A stretch of 43,810 nucleotides of DNA, from the NCBI GenBank assembly GCA_041745895.1, contig JBGTIC010000265.1, forward strand, positions 1 to 43,810, written 5' to 3'. Origin of the DNA: Gammaproteobacteria bacterium. GTDB lineage: Bacteria > Pseudomonadota > Gammaproteobacteria > Steroidobacterales > PWYM01. Positions 18,561-29,134 of the stretch are shown piece after piece. Numbering within the stretch: position 1 is the first letter of the stretch; each line of letters starts with the position of its first letter. The notes beneath the pieces are model-generated. The model saw only the letters and a list, made by a program, of their open reading frames with translations. It did no database searches and was not told the origin of the DNA. Both the position numbers and the translations under genes were made by a program.

Positions 18561-18612
18561 GTGTCAACACTCCGGCAGTTGCAGAAGCATCGGGTCTCCC
18601 GGCCTGTACAGA

Positions 18613-18628
18613 TGCAATAGACGTGCCA
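18613..18628 (-). promoter_or_regulatory. sigma54 -24/-12 promoter for flgA
   Basis: Minus strand TGGCAC-GTCTA-TTGCA. Confidence 0.82.
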
Positions 18629-18659
18629 GTCTTCACCCGCCGGTGGGCGCGGTGGGTGG

Positions 18660-18686
18660 TCAAGTTAATCCGCAGACGGTCGATAC
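18660..18686 (+). promoter_or_regulatory. sigma28 promoter for cheV
   Basis: TCAAG-N14-GTCGATAC; -35 and -10 identical to the motA promoter. Confidence 0.75.
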
Positions 18687-18731
18687 ACCTCGTGCGTCTC
18701 GTGTTCCCCTTGTCAGCTTCTTGGAGTGGTC

Positions 18732-19664
18732 GTGGCCCAGGTGCTCGAAAGCGTTGACCGCCTGACCCGACTGGTAGGGCAGAACCGGCTCGAACTGCTG
18801 TTGTTCCGCCTTGGGCACGACCAGCTTTACGGCATCAACGTGTTCAAGGTCCGGGAAGTGGTCCATGCCGCGCCGTTGCGGCGTTTTCCCAATGCCCATC
18901 CGCTGGTCGCGGGGCTGGCCCGCATTCGCGGCGTGACCGTACCGGTACTCGATCTTGCCCGCTCGATCGGACAGCCCTCGTTGCCCCCTGACCAGGGCGA
19001 CTACATTGTACTCACGGAATTCAGCCGATCCGTCCAGGGCTTGCTGGTCAGCAGCATCGAGCGCATCGTCAACGCCGGCTGGGAAAGCGTTCATACGCCT
19101 CCGGTAGGTGATCCCGAACAGTGCCACGTCTCAGCGATCACCCATCTCGACGGCCGGCTGGTGCAGATGCTGGATGTTGAGCGGGTGCTGAACCTGGTGA
19201 TCGGTTCAGGCGCCGGCGTGTCCCCTGAGGTCGCGAGGAATGCTCGCGAAGCATTGGGCGAACGTCCGCGACGCGCGTTGGTGGCCGATGATTCAGCCGT
19301 GGCCCGCAACCAGATCACCCGCGCCCTGCAGGACATCGGTGTCGATGCCATAGTGTGCAATGACGGGGTCCAGGCCCTGGAGCGTCTCCGGCACTGGGCA
19401 GACACCCGAAGTCTTGATGAACGTATTTCCATGGTGATCTCCGATATTGAAATGCCACAGATGGATGGCTATACGCTGGTGCGTGAGATCCGCAAGGATC
19501 GGCGCCTGGCCCACTTGTTCGTGATGATGCACTCTTCGCTGAGCGGTCACTTCAACAGCCGCGCCTGTCACGACGCAGGCGCGGATCGCCTGCTCGCCAA
19601 ATTCGACCCCGACGAGTTCGCACGCGCCGTTACCGAGTTTCTCGCCGACGCGCGGCGTCATTGA
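18732..19664 (+). CDS. cheV: Chemotaxis protein CheV (CheW-REC)
   Basis: LVGQNRLELLLFRL, YGINVFKVREV; REC domain with ADDS, SDIEMPQMDG, HSSLSG and KF. GTG start after GGAG. Confidence 0.95.
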   Translation: MAQVLESVDRLTRLVGQNRLELLLFRLGHDQLYGINVFKVREVVHAAPLRRFPNAHPLVAGLARIRGVTVPVLDLARSIGQPSLPPDQGDYIVLTEFSRSVQGLLVSSIERIVNAGWESVHTPPVGDPEQCHVSAITHLDGRLVQMLDVERVLNLVIGSGAGVSPEVARNAREALGERPRRALVADDSAVARNQITRALQDIGVDAIVCNDGVQALERLRHWADTRSLDERISMVISDIEMPQMDGYTLVREIRKDRRLAHLFVMMHSSLSGHFNSRACHDAGADRLLAKFDPDEFARAVTEFLADARRH

Positions 19665-19706
19665 TTTGGCGGCTGCCCGGAAGCGGGCAGTCCGCAGCCT
19701 CGCGTA

Positions 19707-19745
19707 GCGGCAACCAGTTGCCGCTGCGCGGCAGTCGTTTGCCGC
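19707..19745. promoter_or_regulatory. Tandem palindromic enhancer (UAS) for the flgB promoter, FleR/FlrC-type
   Basis: GCGGCA-N6-TGCCGC occurs twice (19707-19724 and 19728-19745), 21 bp apart and 65-100 bp upstream of the -24 box. Confidence 0.62.
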
Positions 19746-19809
19746 AGGCAGCGTGCATTCACCCCCTCGACATGTGCAAAGCGTTCGTCGCGCAAGCAAG
19801 TGCCACTTT

Positions 19810-19825
19810 TGGCATGACCCTTGCA
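19810..19825 (+). promoter_or_regulatory. sigma54 promoter for flgB-L
   Basis: TGGCAT-GACCC-TTGCA. Confidence 0.82.
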
Positions 19826-19859
19826 AAGCTTCCTGCGTCAGATCGAACAGGAAGGCGGC

Positions 19860-20258
19860 ATGAACAAGATGATCGATGCAGCGCTGGGCATACATCCCCA
19901 GGCGCTGGCCGTCAGTGCCAAGCGCCTGGAAGCGCTGGCCGGCAACATGGCCAACGCGGACACCCCGGGCTTCAAGGCACGTGACATCGATTTCCGCAGT
20001 GCGCTGCAGGCCGCTGTGAATGAAGGTGATGCCGGTCGACTGCGTGCGACCCAGCGTGGACACATTTCCACCGCACAGGCAGGCGCCACGCCTGAGTCCA
20101 TGTACCGCGTGCCAAATCATCCCTCACTGGATGGCAATACCGTCGATATGCAGATGGAGCAGGCGGCCTTCGGTGAGGCGGCCGTGCGGTATCAGGCGAG
20201 CCTGGATTTCCTGGGCGCCCGGGTGGAAGGCCTGCGCAAGGCGTTGCGCGGTGAATAG
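19860..20258 (+). CDS. flgB: Flagellar basal body rod protein FlgB
   Basis: LAGNMANADTPGFKARDIDF, PSLDGNTVD. Start at the ATG at 19860. Confidence 0.96.
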   Translation: MNKMIDAALGIHPQALAVSAKRLEALAGNMANADTPGFKARDIDFRSALQAAVNEGDAGRLRATQRGHISTAQAGATPESMYRVPNHPSLDGNTVDMQMEQAAFGEAAVRYQASLDFLGARVEGLRKALRGE

Positions 20259-20290
20259 CGATCACGTGCCGACGTGATGGAGAAAACAAG

Positions 20291-20710
20291 ATGAGTCTGT
20301 TCAAGGTATTCGATATGTCCGGCTCGGCGCTAAGCGCCCAGTCAGTGCGTCTCAACACGGTGGCCAGCAACATGGCCAATGCCGAGGTTGCCAGTCCCAC
20401 GGCTGAAGGTGTGTATCGTGCCAAGCAACCGGTTTTCGCCGCGATGATGGCCCAGCAGGGCGGTGGTCCTGCCGCCGGCGCCGGCGTGCGGGTGACTGGT
20501 ATCGCCGAGAGCTCGGCGCCGCCGCGCATGGAATACATGCCCGGCCATCCGTTGGCCAATGAGGAGGGCTACGTGTTCTTCCCGGCCGTCAACATGGTCG
20601 AGGAGATGGCGAACATGATGTCCGCCTCGCGCAATTATCAGAACAACGTCGAGATGATGAACACCGTCAAACAGCTGATGCTGCGTACGCTGCAGCTGGG
20701 TCAGCGCTGA
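20291..20710 (+). CDS. flgC: Flagellar basal body rod protein FlgC
   Basis: SAQSVRLNTVASNMANA, Y.PGHPLA..EGYV..P.VN.VEEM. Confidence 0.96.
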   Translation: MSLFKVFDMSGSALSAQSVRLNTVASNMANAEVASPTAEGVYRAKQPVFAAMMAQQGGGPAAGAGVRVTGIAESSAPPRMEYMPGHPLANEEGYVFFPAVNMVEEMANMMSASRNYQNNVEMMNTVKQLMLRTLQLGQR

Positions 20711-21384
20711 TGACCAACAACATCGACAGCAATGCACTCAACCAGCTCGGCCTGAGCGCCCAGCCCTCGGACAAGCCGCGTGACCGGCTTGGTCAGGAAG
20801 ACTTCATGCGGCTGATGATCACCCAGCTGCGCAACCAGGACCCGTTCGCGCCGATGGAAAGCGGCGAATTTCTCGGTCAGCTCGCGCAGTTTGGCACCGT
20901 CTCGGGCATCGAGGACATGCGCAAGTCCTTCGAGTCCCTGTCGGGCACGATCGCTGGCAACCAGACCCTGCAGGCCGCGGGGCTTGTGGATCGTCAGGTG
21001 CTGGTGCCGGCCCGCGAGGGCTGGTTGCCACCCGAGGGCAGCCTGGCCGGCGCCGTGGAAATTCCCGCGGGCGTCAACGCAGTCACGCTCGGCGTCTACG
21101 ATCTTGCCGGAGGTCTGGTGACCTCGCTGCAGGTGGATTCCGCCGCCGGCGGACAGGTGCCTTTCAGCTGGGATGGCCAGCTGGCCGATGGTGGACGGGC
21201 CAGCCCGGGCTTCTACGAGCTGCGTGCCACCGGTAACCAGGCGGGCAGCGCAGTCGCGCTCGATGCTCTGGTTTCGGGCCGCGTCGAAAGTGTGGCCCTC
21301 GGTGGCCGCCAGGGTGCGTTGTCCCTGACCGTGACCGGCCTGGGTGTCGTCGATTTCGGCCGCGTACGCGGCATAGCCAACTGA
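20710..21384 (+). CDS. flgD: Flagellar hook capping protein FlgD
   Basis: LGQEDFMRLMITQLRNQDP..PM...EF.GQLAQF, F.WDG. Confidence 0.95.
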   Translation: MTNNIDSNALNQLGLSAQPSDKPRDRLGQEDFMRLMITQLRNQDPFAPMESGEFLGQLAQFGTVSGIEDMRKSFESLSGTIAGNQTLQAAGLVDRQVLVPAREGWLPPEGSLAGAVEIPAGVNAVTLGVYDLAGGLVTSLQVDSAAGGQVPFSWDGQLADGGRASPGFYELRATGNQAGSAVALDALVSGRVESVALGGRQGALSLTVTGLGVVDFGRVRGIAN

Positions 21385-21400
21385 TTTCAGGAGTAATCAC

Positions 21401-22618
21401 ATGCCTTTTCGTACAGCACTGAGCGGACTCAATGCAGCCTCTGCGGATCTGCGCGTCACCGGCAACAATATTGCCAACTCCGGGACCACCGGTTTCAAGG
21501 AGTCTCGAGCGGAGTTCTCCGATATTTTCGCCACCGCCTACGGGGGCGTCAGTCGAACGGCGGTCGGAACGGGTACGCGGCTGGCCGCGGTCACGCAGCA
21601 GTTCTCACAGGGCAACATCGATTTCACCGGCAGCAATCTGGATATGGCGCTGTCCGGCAAGGGCTTCTTCGTGCTCTCCGATGGCGGTGGCCGCAGCTAT
21701 ACGCGGGATGGCTCTTTCCAGGTGGATCGCGATGGCTTCGTGGTCAACAGTGGCGGCAAGCGCCTGCAGGCCTATCCGGTTCAGGATCCGCTGGCAGGCA
21801 CCTTCAATACTGGTGACGTGGGCGACCTGCGACTGGCGACGACAGAGTCTTCACCACGTGCAACCAGCCGCGTGGAGGCCACGTTCAACCTGCGCTCCAA
21901 CCCGGAAGATCTCTCGGCGGTGACGTTCGATGCCGCGGATCCGAACAGCTACTCGTTCTCGACTTCGCTGACGGTCTACGACTCGCTGGGACAGTCGCAT
22001 GTGGCGACTCTGTTTTTCCGCAATACCGGCGCGCTGAACTGGGATGCACACCTGGCGATCGATGGTCAGGCCGTCGGCGGACCACAGGCACTGCAGTTCG
22101 GTGCAGATGGCGCGCTGGTCGTGCCGGCAACACCAGTGAACTTCGGTGGTTTCACGCCGGCCAACGGCGCCGCCCCACTGGATATCGAGTTCGATCTGGC
22201 GAATGCGACGCAGTTCGGCTCGAGCGATAACGTTGCAGCGCTTCGGCAGGACGGCTTTGCCAGCGGCCGCCTCACCGGCATAGACATCGACGGTAACGGT
22301 GTGGTGTTCGCGCGCTACACCAATGGCCAGAGCTCTCCGCTCGGCCAGATCGCAGTCGCCAACTTCTCCAATCCGCAGGGTCTGCAGCAGGCGGGCGACA
22401 ACGCCTGGGTCGAGACTTTCGCTGCTGGCGACCCGATCTTCGGTGTCGCCGGCAATGGCGATCTGGGCACGCTGCAATCGGGTGGGCTGGAAGCCTCGAA
22501 TGTGGATATCGCGGCGCAGCTCGTCAATCTGATCACCGCGCAGCGCAACTTCCAGGCCAATGCCCAGGTGATCAGCACGGCCGATTCAGTCACACAGACC
22601 ATCATCAATATCCGCTGA
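21401..22618 (+). CDS. flgE: Flagellar hook protein FlgE
   Basis: ALSGLNAA..L.VTGNNIANS.T.GFK, VYDSLG..H, LEASNVD....LV.LI.AQRNFQANA. Confidence 0.96.
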   Translation: MPFRTALSGLNAASADLRVTGNNIANSGTTGFKESRAEFSDIFATAYGGVSRTAVGTGTRLAAVTQQFSQGNIDFTGSNLDMALSGKGFFVLSDGGGRSYTRDGSFQVDRDGFVVNSGGKRLQAYPVQDPLAGTFNTGDVGDLRLATTESSPRATSRVEATFNLRSNPEDLSAVTFDAADPNSYSFSTSLTVYDSLGQSHVATLFFRNTGALNWDAHLAIDGQAVGGPQALQFGADGALVVPATPVNFGGFTPANGAAPLDIEFDLANATQFGSSDNVAALRQDGFASGRLTGIDIDGNGVVFARYTNGQSSPLGQIAVANFSNPQGLQQAGDNAWVETFAAGDPIFGVAGNGDLGTLQSGGLEASNVDIAAQLVNLITAQRNFQANAQVISTADSVTQTIINIR

Positions 22619-22634
22619 CGGAAGCTTTTGAGCC

Positions 22635-23378
22635 ATGGACAGACTGCTCTATGTTGCGATGACCGGTGCCCGCGAGGCACAGGTGGCGCAATCGGTGACC
22701 AGCCAGAACCTTGCCAACGCCTCCACGACGGGCTTTCGCTCGACGCTGGCCAGCGCGGCACAGGCACCGCTGGCAGGCCCCGGACACGCAAGTGCGCGCA
22801 CCTACTCGGTCACCGAAGGCCGTGGCATCGATTTCACGCCCGGGGCATTGATGGCGACGGGTCGGGATCTGGATGTGGCCATCGAGGGCGAGGGCTGGAT
22901 TGCCGTGCAGGCGCCCGATGGCGGCGAGGCTTACACCCGGGCGGGCGATCTGCGGGTCGATGCTATCGGCATGCTGACCACGGGCACAGGTCTGCCGGTG
23001 ATTGGCAATGGGGGTCCGATTGCCTTGCCGCCCTTCGAGACGCTCGAGATCGCAGGCGATGGCACGATCAGCATCCGGCCGCTGGGCCAGGATGCGGCAG
23101 GGCTTGCGGTGGTCGAGCGCATTCGTCTCGTGAATCCCGAGCCGCAGACTTTACGTCGCGGCGGCGACGGACTGATTCGCATGGCCGATGGGCAGGCACC
23201 TCCACCCGAGGCCGATGTGCGCCTTGTGGGCGGCATGCTCGAAGGCAGCAATGTGACCGTCATTGGCGCGATGGTGGAGATGATCCAGCACGCCCGCAGC
23301 TTCGAGCTGCAGGTCAAGATGATGAATACCGCCGAGCAGAACGATCGCAGTTCCAGCGATCTGATGCGTCTGGGCTGA
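22635..23378 (+). CDS. flgF: Flagellar basal body rod protein FlgF
   Basis: MDRLLYVAMTGA, NLANASTTGFR, TGRDLDVAI.GEGW, LEGSNV. Confidence 0.96.
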   Translation: MDRLLYVAMTGAREAQVAQSVTSQNLANASTTGFRSTLASAAQAPLAGPGHASARTYSVTEGRGIDFTPGALMATGRDLDVAIEGEGWIAVQAPDGGEAYTRAGDLRVDAIGMLTTGTGLPVIGNGGPIALPPFETLEIAGDGTISIRPLGQDAAGLAVVERIRLVNPEPQTLRRGGDGLIRMADGQAPPPEADVRLVGGMLEGSNVTVIGAMVEMIQHARSFELQVKMMNTAEQNDRSSSDLMRLG

Positions 23379-23417
23379 TGAGCTGCGGCAATACGATCGC
23401 AACGGAGGATTGAAAAA

Positions 23418-24209
23418 ATGAACCAGGCACTGTGGATCGCCAAGACCGGACTGGATGCGCAGCAGACGCGCATGTCGGTCATTTCGAACAATCTGGCCAA
23501 CGTCAACACCAGCGGCTTCAAGAAAGGCCGCGCGGTGTTCGAGGACCTGGTCTATCAGAACATCCGTCAGCCAGGTGCGCAGTCGTCGCAGGACACCCAG
23601 CTTCCGTCCGGGCTGATGCTGGGCACCGGTGTGCGCACCGTGGCGACCGAAAAGATCCATACGCAGGGCAACCTCATCCAGACCGACAACGCGCTCGATG
23701 TTGCGGTTCAGGGCCGGGGCTTCCTGCAGATCCTGATGCCCGACGGTTCGCTGGCCTACTCGCGCGATGGCGCGCTGCAGGTCAACCGGGACGGACAGGT
23801 TGTCACTGCCAACGGCTTCGAACTGCAGCCCGGCATTGTCGTTCCTGACAACGCGCTGTCGGTGAGCATCAGCCAGGACGGCATCATCACCGCTGCCGTG
23901 CCCGGCAACCCGGTGCCCGAGGAGATTGGTGCGATCCAGCTTGCGGATTTCGTCAATCCTGCCGGTCTGCAGGCGATCGGCGGCAATCTGCTGGTGGAGA
24001 CTGCGGCCAGCGGTGCACCGCAGGTCGGCACGCCCGGACTGACCGGACTGGGGACACTGATGCAGGGCATGCTGGAGAGCTCGAACGTCAACACCGTCGA
24101 GGAGCTGGTGAACATGATCGAGACCCAACGTGCCTACGAGATCAATTCCAAGGCGATCTCCACAGCCGACCAGATGCTGCAGTTCGCCAACAACAATCTC
24201 GGGCGCTGA
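23418..24209 (+). CDS. flgG: Flagellar basal body rod protein FlgG
   Basis: [58 protein letters not shown]. Confidence 0.97.
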   Translation: MNQALWIAKTGLDAQQTRMSVISNNLANVNTSGFKKGRAVFEDLVYQNIRQPGAQSSQDTQLPSGLMLGTGVRTVATEKIHTQGNLIQTDNALDVAVQGRGFLQILMPDGSLAYSRDGALQVNRDGQVVTANGFELQPGIVVPDNALSVSISQDGIITAAVPGNPVPEEIGAIQLADFVNPAGLQAIGGNLLVETAASGAPQVGTPGLTGLGTLMQGMLESSNVNTVEELVNMIETQRAYEINSKAISTADQMLQFANNNLGR

Positions 24210-24244
24210 TGCACGCCGCGATCCCCGGCAGGAGCAATATCACC

Positions 24245-24976
24245 ATGAACGCATCAGACCCACGGCTAGGCGACGATCGGACCTGCGTGCTCTCCGTAGG
24301 GCGGTGGCTGTTGCCGCTGGTGGCCAGTCTCGGGCTGGCCGCCTGCGCAGGTGCACCGGCGAACTACAAGGGCGGCGACGAGCGCTTCACGGCAACGCCG
24401 CCTATCGAGGCGGTCTCGCCACGCGACAATCAGGGTGCGATCTTCCACGCCGCCTCCTCGCAGAGTCTGTTCGAGGACTACAAGGCGCGGAGGGTTGGCG
24501 ATGTGCTGACCGTGCTGCTGGCCGAGCGGACCAATGCGCGCAAGTCCGCCGGTGCATCCACAGCCAAAGAGAGCAGTGTCCGCCTGCTCAACCCGACAAT
24601 CGCCGGACGCCCGGTGACGCGCGATGGTGTGCCGTTGCTGGACACCGAGATCGGCGGTTCGCGATCGTTCGACGGTCAGGGCGACGCTGCACAGAGCAAT
24701 CTGCTGGAGGGCTCCATAACAGTGACCGTGGCCGAAGTGCTGCCCAACGGCAACCTGCGCGTGCAGGGTGAGAAGTGGATGCGCATCAACCAGGGTCAGG
24801 AATACATCCGCCTGCGTGGCATCGTACGCCCCGTGGATATCCGTGCCGACAACAGTGTGTTCTCCACGCAGGTGGCCGACGCACAGCTGGCCTATGGCGG
24901 CACCGGCACCGTGGCCGACAGCAGCTCGCCGGGCTGGCTGACACGTTTCTTCAACAGTCCGGCCTGGCCCTTCTAG
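24245..24976 (+). CDS. flgH: Flagellar L-ring lipoprotein FlgH
   Basis: Lipobox [27 protein letters not shown]...GEK, WL.RFF.S..WPF. Start set at 24245 after AGGAG (alternative 24209). Confidence 0.94.
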   Translation: MNASDPRLGDDRTCVLSVGRWLLPLVASLGLAACAGAPANYKGGDERFTATPPIEAVSPRDNQGAIFHAASSQSLFEDYKARRVGDVLTVLLAERTNARKSAGASTAKESSVRLLNPTIAGRPVTRDGVPLLDTEIGGSRSFDGQGDAAQSNLLEGSITVTVAEVLPNGNLRVQGEKWMRINQGQEYIRLRGIVRPVDIRADNSVFSTQVADAQLAYGGTGTVADSSSPGWLTRFFNSPAWPF

Positions 24977-24995
24977 GCCAGCGGAGAGTGACTCG

Positions 24996-26150
24996 ATGAT
25001 CGAAGGAAAATTCATATCGCACTTTCGCTGTGCAGTGCCAGGTTGGCTGCTTTTCGCGCTGGCAACAGTGCTGGCAGGGATTGCCATGCCGGGTTCAACT
25101 CACGCGGTCGAACGTGTAAAGGACCTCGCCAGCGTTGCGGGCGTGCGCTCCAATCAGCTGGTTGGCTATGGGCTGGTCGTGGGTCTCGACGGCACCGGTG
25201 ATCAGACCACCCAGGCGCCGTTTACCTCGCAGAGCCTTCGCAACATGCTGGGTCAGCTGGGTGTGACGATTCCGCCGGGCACCAATCTTCAGGTCAAGAA
25301 TGTCGCAGCGGTGATGGTCCATGCCGAGCTACCGCCTTTTGCAAAGCCAGGGCAGGTCATCGACATCACGGCCTCATCCATCGGCAACGCCAGCAGCCTG
25401 CGCGGTGGCAGTCTGTTGATGACACCGCTATTGGGTGCCGACGGCCAGGTCTATGCAATGGCGCAGGGCAACCTGGTGGTGGGTGGCTTTGGTGCGGGGG
25501 GGCGCGATGGCTCTCGTGTGACCGTTAATGTACCGAGCGTCGGGCGCATTCCCGGCGGCGCGTCGGTCGAACGTGAAGTGGCCAGCAGCTTCAGTCATGG
25601 CGACAGCTTGGTCCTGAATCTCAACCGTGGCGATTTCACGACGGCGCGGCGGCTGGCCGATGCCATCAATGAATCGCTGGGTGACGTGATGGCGATGCCG
25701 GTGGATGCCACTTCGGTACGAGTTCGGGCGCCACTTGATCCGGCCCAGCGTGTCGCTTTCGTCTCGGTGCTGGAAAATCTCACCGTGACGCCCGGCGAGC
25801 CACCGGCCCGGGTCATCGTCAATGCGCGTACCGGGACCATCGTCATGGGCGGCGGTGTGCGCGTGCTGCCTGCGGCTGTCTCCCATGGCAGTCTGACCGT
25901 GACGATTACGGAAAACTTCGATGTCTCCCAGCCTGAGCCCTTCGGGCGTGGCCAGACGGTGGTTACGCCCCGTACCGACATCGAGGTCAGCGAGGGCGCC
26001 TCGCGCATGTTTCCGTTCGGGCCTGGCACCAACCTCGATGAGATCGTACGCGCGGTCAATGATGTCGGCGCAGCGCCCGGTGACCTGGTCGCGATCCTCG
26101 AAGCACTTCACCAGGCCGGCGCCCTGCGCGCCGAGCTGATCGTGATCTGA
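24996..26150 (+). CDS. flgI: Flagellar P-ring protein FlgI
   Basis: [37 protein letters not shown]-terminal [11 protein letters not shown]. Confidence 0.97.
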   Translation: MIEGKFISHFRCAVPGWLLFALATVLAGIAMPGSTHAVERVKDLASVAGVRSNQLVGYGLVVGLDGTGDQTTQAPFTSQSLRNMLGQLGVTIPPGTNLQVKNVAAVMVHAELPPFAKPGQVIDITASSIGNASSLRGGSLLMTPLLGADGQVYAMAQGNLVVGGFGAGGRDGSRVTVNVPSVGRIPGGASVEREVASSFSHGDSLVLNLNRGDFTTARRLADAINESLGDVMAMPVDATSVRVRAPLDPAQRVAFVSVLENLTVTPGEPPARVIVNARTGTIVMGGGVRVLPAAVSHGSLTVTITENFDVSQPEPFGRGQTVVTPRTDIEVSEGASRMFPFGPGTNLDEIVRAVNDVGAAPGDLVAILEALHQAGALRAELIVI

Positions 26151-26155
26151 CGCCG

Positions 26156-27208
26156 ATGAGCGCCGGTATCGACGCAGCCTTCACCTTCACGGACCTGCAG
26201 GGCATGGCCTCGCTGCGTCGTGAGGCTGCCGGCGATACGCCCGAGGCCCGCCGTGCTGTGGCACAGCAGTTCGAGGCGCTGTTTCTTAACCAGATGCTCA
26301 AGCAGATGCGCGATGCCTCCTCGGTCATCGATGGTGGCCTGGTGGATCGCGAACGCATGCGCTTTCACGAAGACATGCTCGATCAGCAGATGTCGCTGAC
26401 ACTGTCGCGAGGTCGTGGTATCGGCCTGGCCGACTCGATCCTGCGACAGCTGGGTGGCCCCGAAAGTGCTGGTGCCCGGCCGGTGTCGCCCACGGGCCCG
26501 GTCCGGCGCCCAGGCGACCTCGCATCGGCGCTCCCCGAGGTCGCAAGCTATCCACAGCCCAGACCACGTCCGGGCGTGGCTTCGGTCGGCGGCCCAGCAC
26601 AGCCCTTTGCACCCGAGACGCCGAAGGACTTCGTCGAAGCGCTGTGGCCGCACGCGCGGCGGGCGGCACAGCGGCTGGGTGTGCCCCCCGATGTGCTGGT
26701 CGCGCAGGCAGCGCTGGAAACCGGCTGGGGTCAGCACATGATCACGGATGCGACTGGTAGACCTTCGCATAACCTGTTCGGCATCAAAGCCACGGGTGGC
26801 TGGCAGGGGCGCCAGGCCAGTGTGTCGACACTGGAGTTCATCAACGGGGTGCCGGAACGCCGCCGTGAACCCTTCCGCGTCTACGCGGGCATCGCCGAGA
26901 GCTTCGACGACTACGTGGAGATCATCGAGCATCGGCCGCGCTACGCACCGGCACGTGATGCCAGCAACAGCCGGGACTACGCTCGCGGCCTGCAAGCCGG
27001 CGGCTGGGCCACCGATCCTGACTACGCCGCCAAGATCATGGCGATCGTCGAGCGGGGACTGCCGGGGGCGCCGGTGCGCCTGACAGCTCAGCGCAGCATT
27101 GTGAGCGCGACGGTGCCGCAGCGTGATCAAGTTCACACGCCTTCGGCCGACAACGAACCATCAGCACTGGTCGCGCGCGTGCGCGCGGCCGCGGGAGATG
27201 AAAGATGA
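26156..27208 (+). CDS. flgJ: Flagellar rod cap / peptidoglycan hydrolase FlgJ
   Basis: Rod-binding domain (VAQQFEALF...MLK.MR) plus glucosaminidase domain (AQAALETGWG, NLFGIKA, WATDPDYA). Confidence 0.95.
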   Translation: MSAGIDAAFTFTDLQGMASLRREAAGDTPEARRAVAQQFEALFLNQMLKQMRDASSVIDGGLVDRERMRFHEDMLDQQMSLTLSRGRGIGLADSILRQLGGPESAGARPVSPTGPVRRPGDLASALPEVASYPQPRPRPGVASVGGPAQPFAPETPKDFVEALWPHARRAAQRLGVPPDVLVAQAALETGWGQHMITDATGRPSHNLFGIKATGGWQGRQASVSTLEFINGVPERRREPFRVYAGIAESFDDYVEIIEHRPRYAPARDASNSRDYARGLQAGGWATDPDYAAKIMAIVERGLPGAPVRLTAQRSIVSATVPQRDQVHTPSADNEPSALVARVRAAAGDER

Positions 27209-29097
27209 GCGGAGGCGGCATCCTGGGTGTCGGCACATCGGCGCTGCTGGCTTATCAGCGCGCTCTGCAGGTTACCGGGCACAATATTGCCAATGTCGGC
27301 ACGGATGGCTACAGCCGTCAGCAGCTGCAGCTAGGCACCTCGCAGCCCCTGAACACCGGCATCGGCTCGCTGGGCACGGGTGTGGCTACGACCGGTGTGC
27401 GCCGTGTTGTCGATCAGTTCGTCGAGGCCCGGCTCGGCATGAACCTCTCGGGCGCAGGCTACGAGCGTACCTATGCCGAGTTTGCCGGTCAGCTCGACAA
27501 TCTATTGGCCGACCCGACATCCGGGCTTGCACCTGCTCTGAGTCAGTTCTTCGCAGCCCTCGAGGACGTCGCCACCGATCCGACGTCGACCGCTGCCCGT
27601 CAACAGTTGATCTCGCAGGCACAGTCGCTGACCGATCGGTTCGCTCAGCTGGAAGGGCGCATCGAAGATCAGCGCAGCATCGCCAACGGCCGAATCACTG
27701 GGACCGTGGACGAGATCAATCAGCTTGCCACCAGCATCGCGCAGCTCAATCGCGAGATTGTAGAGGCGCGGGGACGCAGCGGCGGACGTGATCCCAATGA
27801 CCTGCTGGATCGTCGCGACGAACTGATACGCGAGCTGTCGTCGTTGACCTCGGTGAACACACTCGAGCAGTCCGATGGCAGCGTCAACGTCTACATCGGT
27901 CGTGGCCAGGCCCTCGTCGTGGGCTTCGAGCACACGCAGTTGTTCGCCCAGGCGATGGGCGCGGATCCGGGTCGACTCGATATCGGCTTTCGCAACGGCT
28001 CGGCGATGGTGATTGCAACCGAATTCATGACCGGCGGTGAACTCGGCGCGTTGCTGGACCTTCGCGACACTCTGTTCGACCCGGCAAGCAACGGCCTTGG
28101 CCGGATCGCGGTCTCGCTGGTCGATCGTTTCAACGAGCAGCACGCCGCTGGCATGGACCTTCGCGGCCTTGCCGGCGGTGCGTTCTTCGGGCGACCCGAG
28201 CCCCGCGTGTTTGCAAACCTCGGTAACGTGGCCAGCGGACTTCCAGGTCTTGCCATCAGCGACGTCGGTGAGCTCGCGGCCAGCGACTACCAGTTGCGTT
28301 TTGACGGCAGCGACTGGGTGCTGCGCCGGCTGGCCGATGGCGAGCGCCTGGCGACACTGGCGCCCGGTGACAGCCTGGACTTCGATGGCCTGACGCTGGA
28401 TCTCTCGGGCGTGAGCGGTGCCCAACGTGGTGACAGCTTCCTGCTAAGGCCTTTACAGGTGGCCGCAGACCTCGAAGTGCGGATTACCGATCCCCGGGCG
28501 GTTGCAGCAGCACTTCCCGTTCGCGCTGAGCCGGCGGTGCAGAACACCGGGGCTGCGAGTTTGGGCGAGATCAGTATCGTCGATCCCACAAGCGCCGGTC
28601 TGCGCGATCCCATCGATATCGGATTTACCGGTGGGGTGTTTGTCGTCGGGGGTGCGAGTTTTTCGCCGGATCCATCCGGCGATACGACGATCGAGCTCAA
28701 CGGTTGGCGGGTGGTCATTCGCGGTACGCCCGCTGAGGGTGATCGCTTCGAGGTGCGCGACAATGCAGGCGGAGTCGGCGACAACCGCGGGGCTCAGGCA
28801 CTTGCAGGCCTGGCCAGGGAGCGGACCCTGGTCGGGGGCACCGCGAGCTTCTCCGAGATCTATGCGGAGCTGGTGGCCGATGTGGGGGTGAAGTCCCGGC
28901 GCGCTTCGATCAACGCCGACGTGCAGACACGCATGCTTGCCGATGCCAGGGCCCAGCGCGAGAACATTTCGGGCGTCAATCTCGACGAGGAAGCCGCGAA
29001 CCTGCTGCGTTTTCAGCAGGCCTATCAGGCCAGTGCACAGGTCATTGCAGTGGCAGGGTCGTTGTTCGACACGCTGCTCACGGCGGTCCGACGCTAA
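27205..29097 (+). CDS. flgK: Flagellar hook-associated protein FlgK
   Basis: TGHNIANV.TDGYSRQ, NDLLDRRD, SGVNLDEEAANL.RFQQAYQASA. Confidence 0.96.
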   Translation: MSGGGILGVGTSALLAYQRALQVTGHNIANVGTDGYSRQQLQLGTSQPLNTGIGSLGTGVATTGVRRVVDQFVEARLGMNLSGAGYERTYAEFAGQLDNLLADPTSGLAPALSQFFAALEDVATDPTSTAARQQLISQAQSLTDRFAQLEGRIEDQRSIANGRITGTVDEINQLATSIAQLNREIVEARGRSGGRDPNDLLDRRDELIRELSSLTSVNTLEQSDGSVNVYIGRGQALVVGFEHTQLFAQAMGADPGRLDIGFRNGSAMVIATEFMTGGELGALLDLRDTLFDPASNGLGRIAVSLVDRFNEQHAAGMDLRGLAGGAFFGRPEPRVFANLGNVASGLPGLAISDVGELAASDYQLRFDGSDWVLRRLADGERLATLAPGDSLDFDGLTLDLSGVSGAQRGDSFLLRPLQVAADLEVRITDPRAVAAALPVRAEPAVQNTGAASLGEISIVDPTSAGLRDPIDIGFTGGVFVVGGASFSPDPSGDTTIELNGWRVVIRGTPAEGDRFEVRDNAGGVGDNRGAQALAGLARERTLVGGTASFSEIYAELVADVGVKSRRASINADVQTRMLADARAQRENISGVNLDEEAANLLRFQQAYQASAQVIAVAGSLFDTLLTAVRR

Positions 29098-29134
29098 GCG
29101 CTGAGTGCGCGACGCGGCAAAGGGAGAGTCATCC

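Noticed and set aside
23386-23401. GG-N10-GC before flgG as an internal sigma54 promoter
   Set aside because: Poor consensus, and +1 would fall downstream of the flgG SD.
22628-23413. 261-aa same-strand ORF overlapping flgF
   Set aside because: Arg-rich alternative-frame translation with a TTG start; flgF explains the region.
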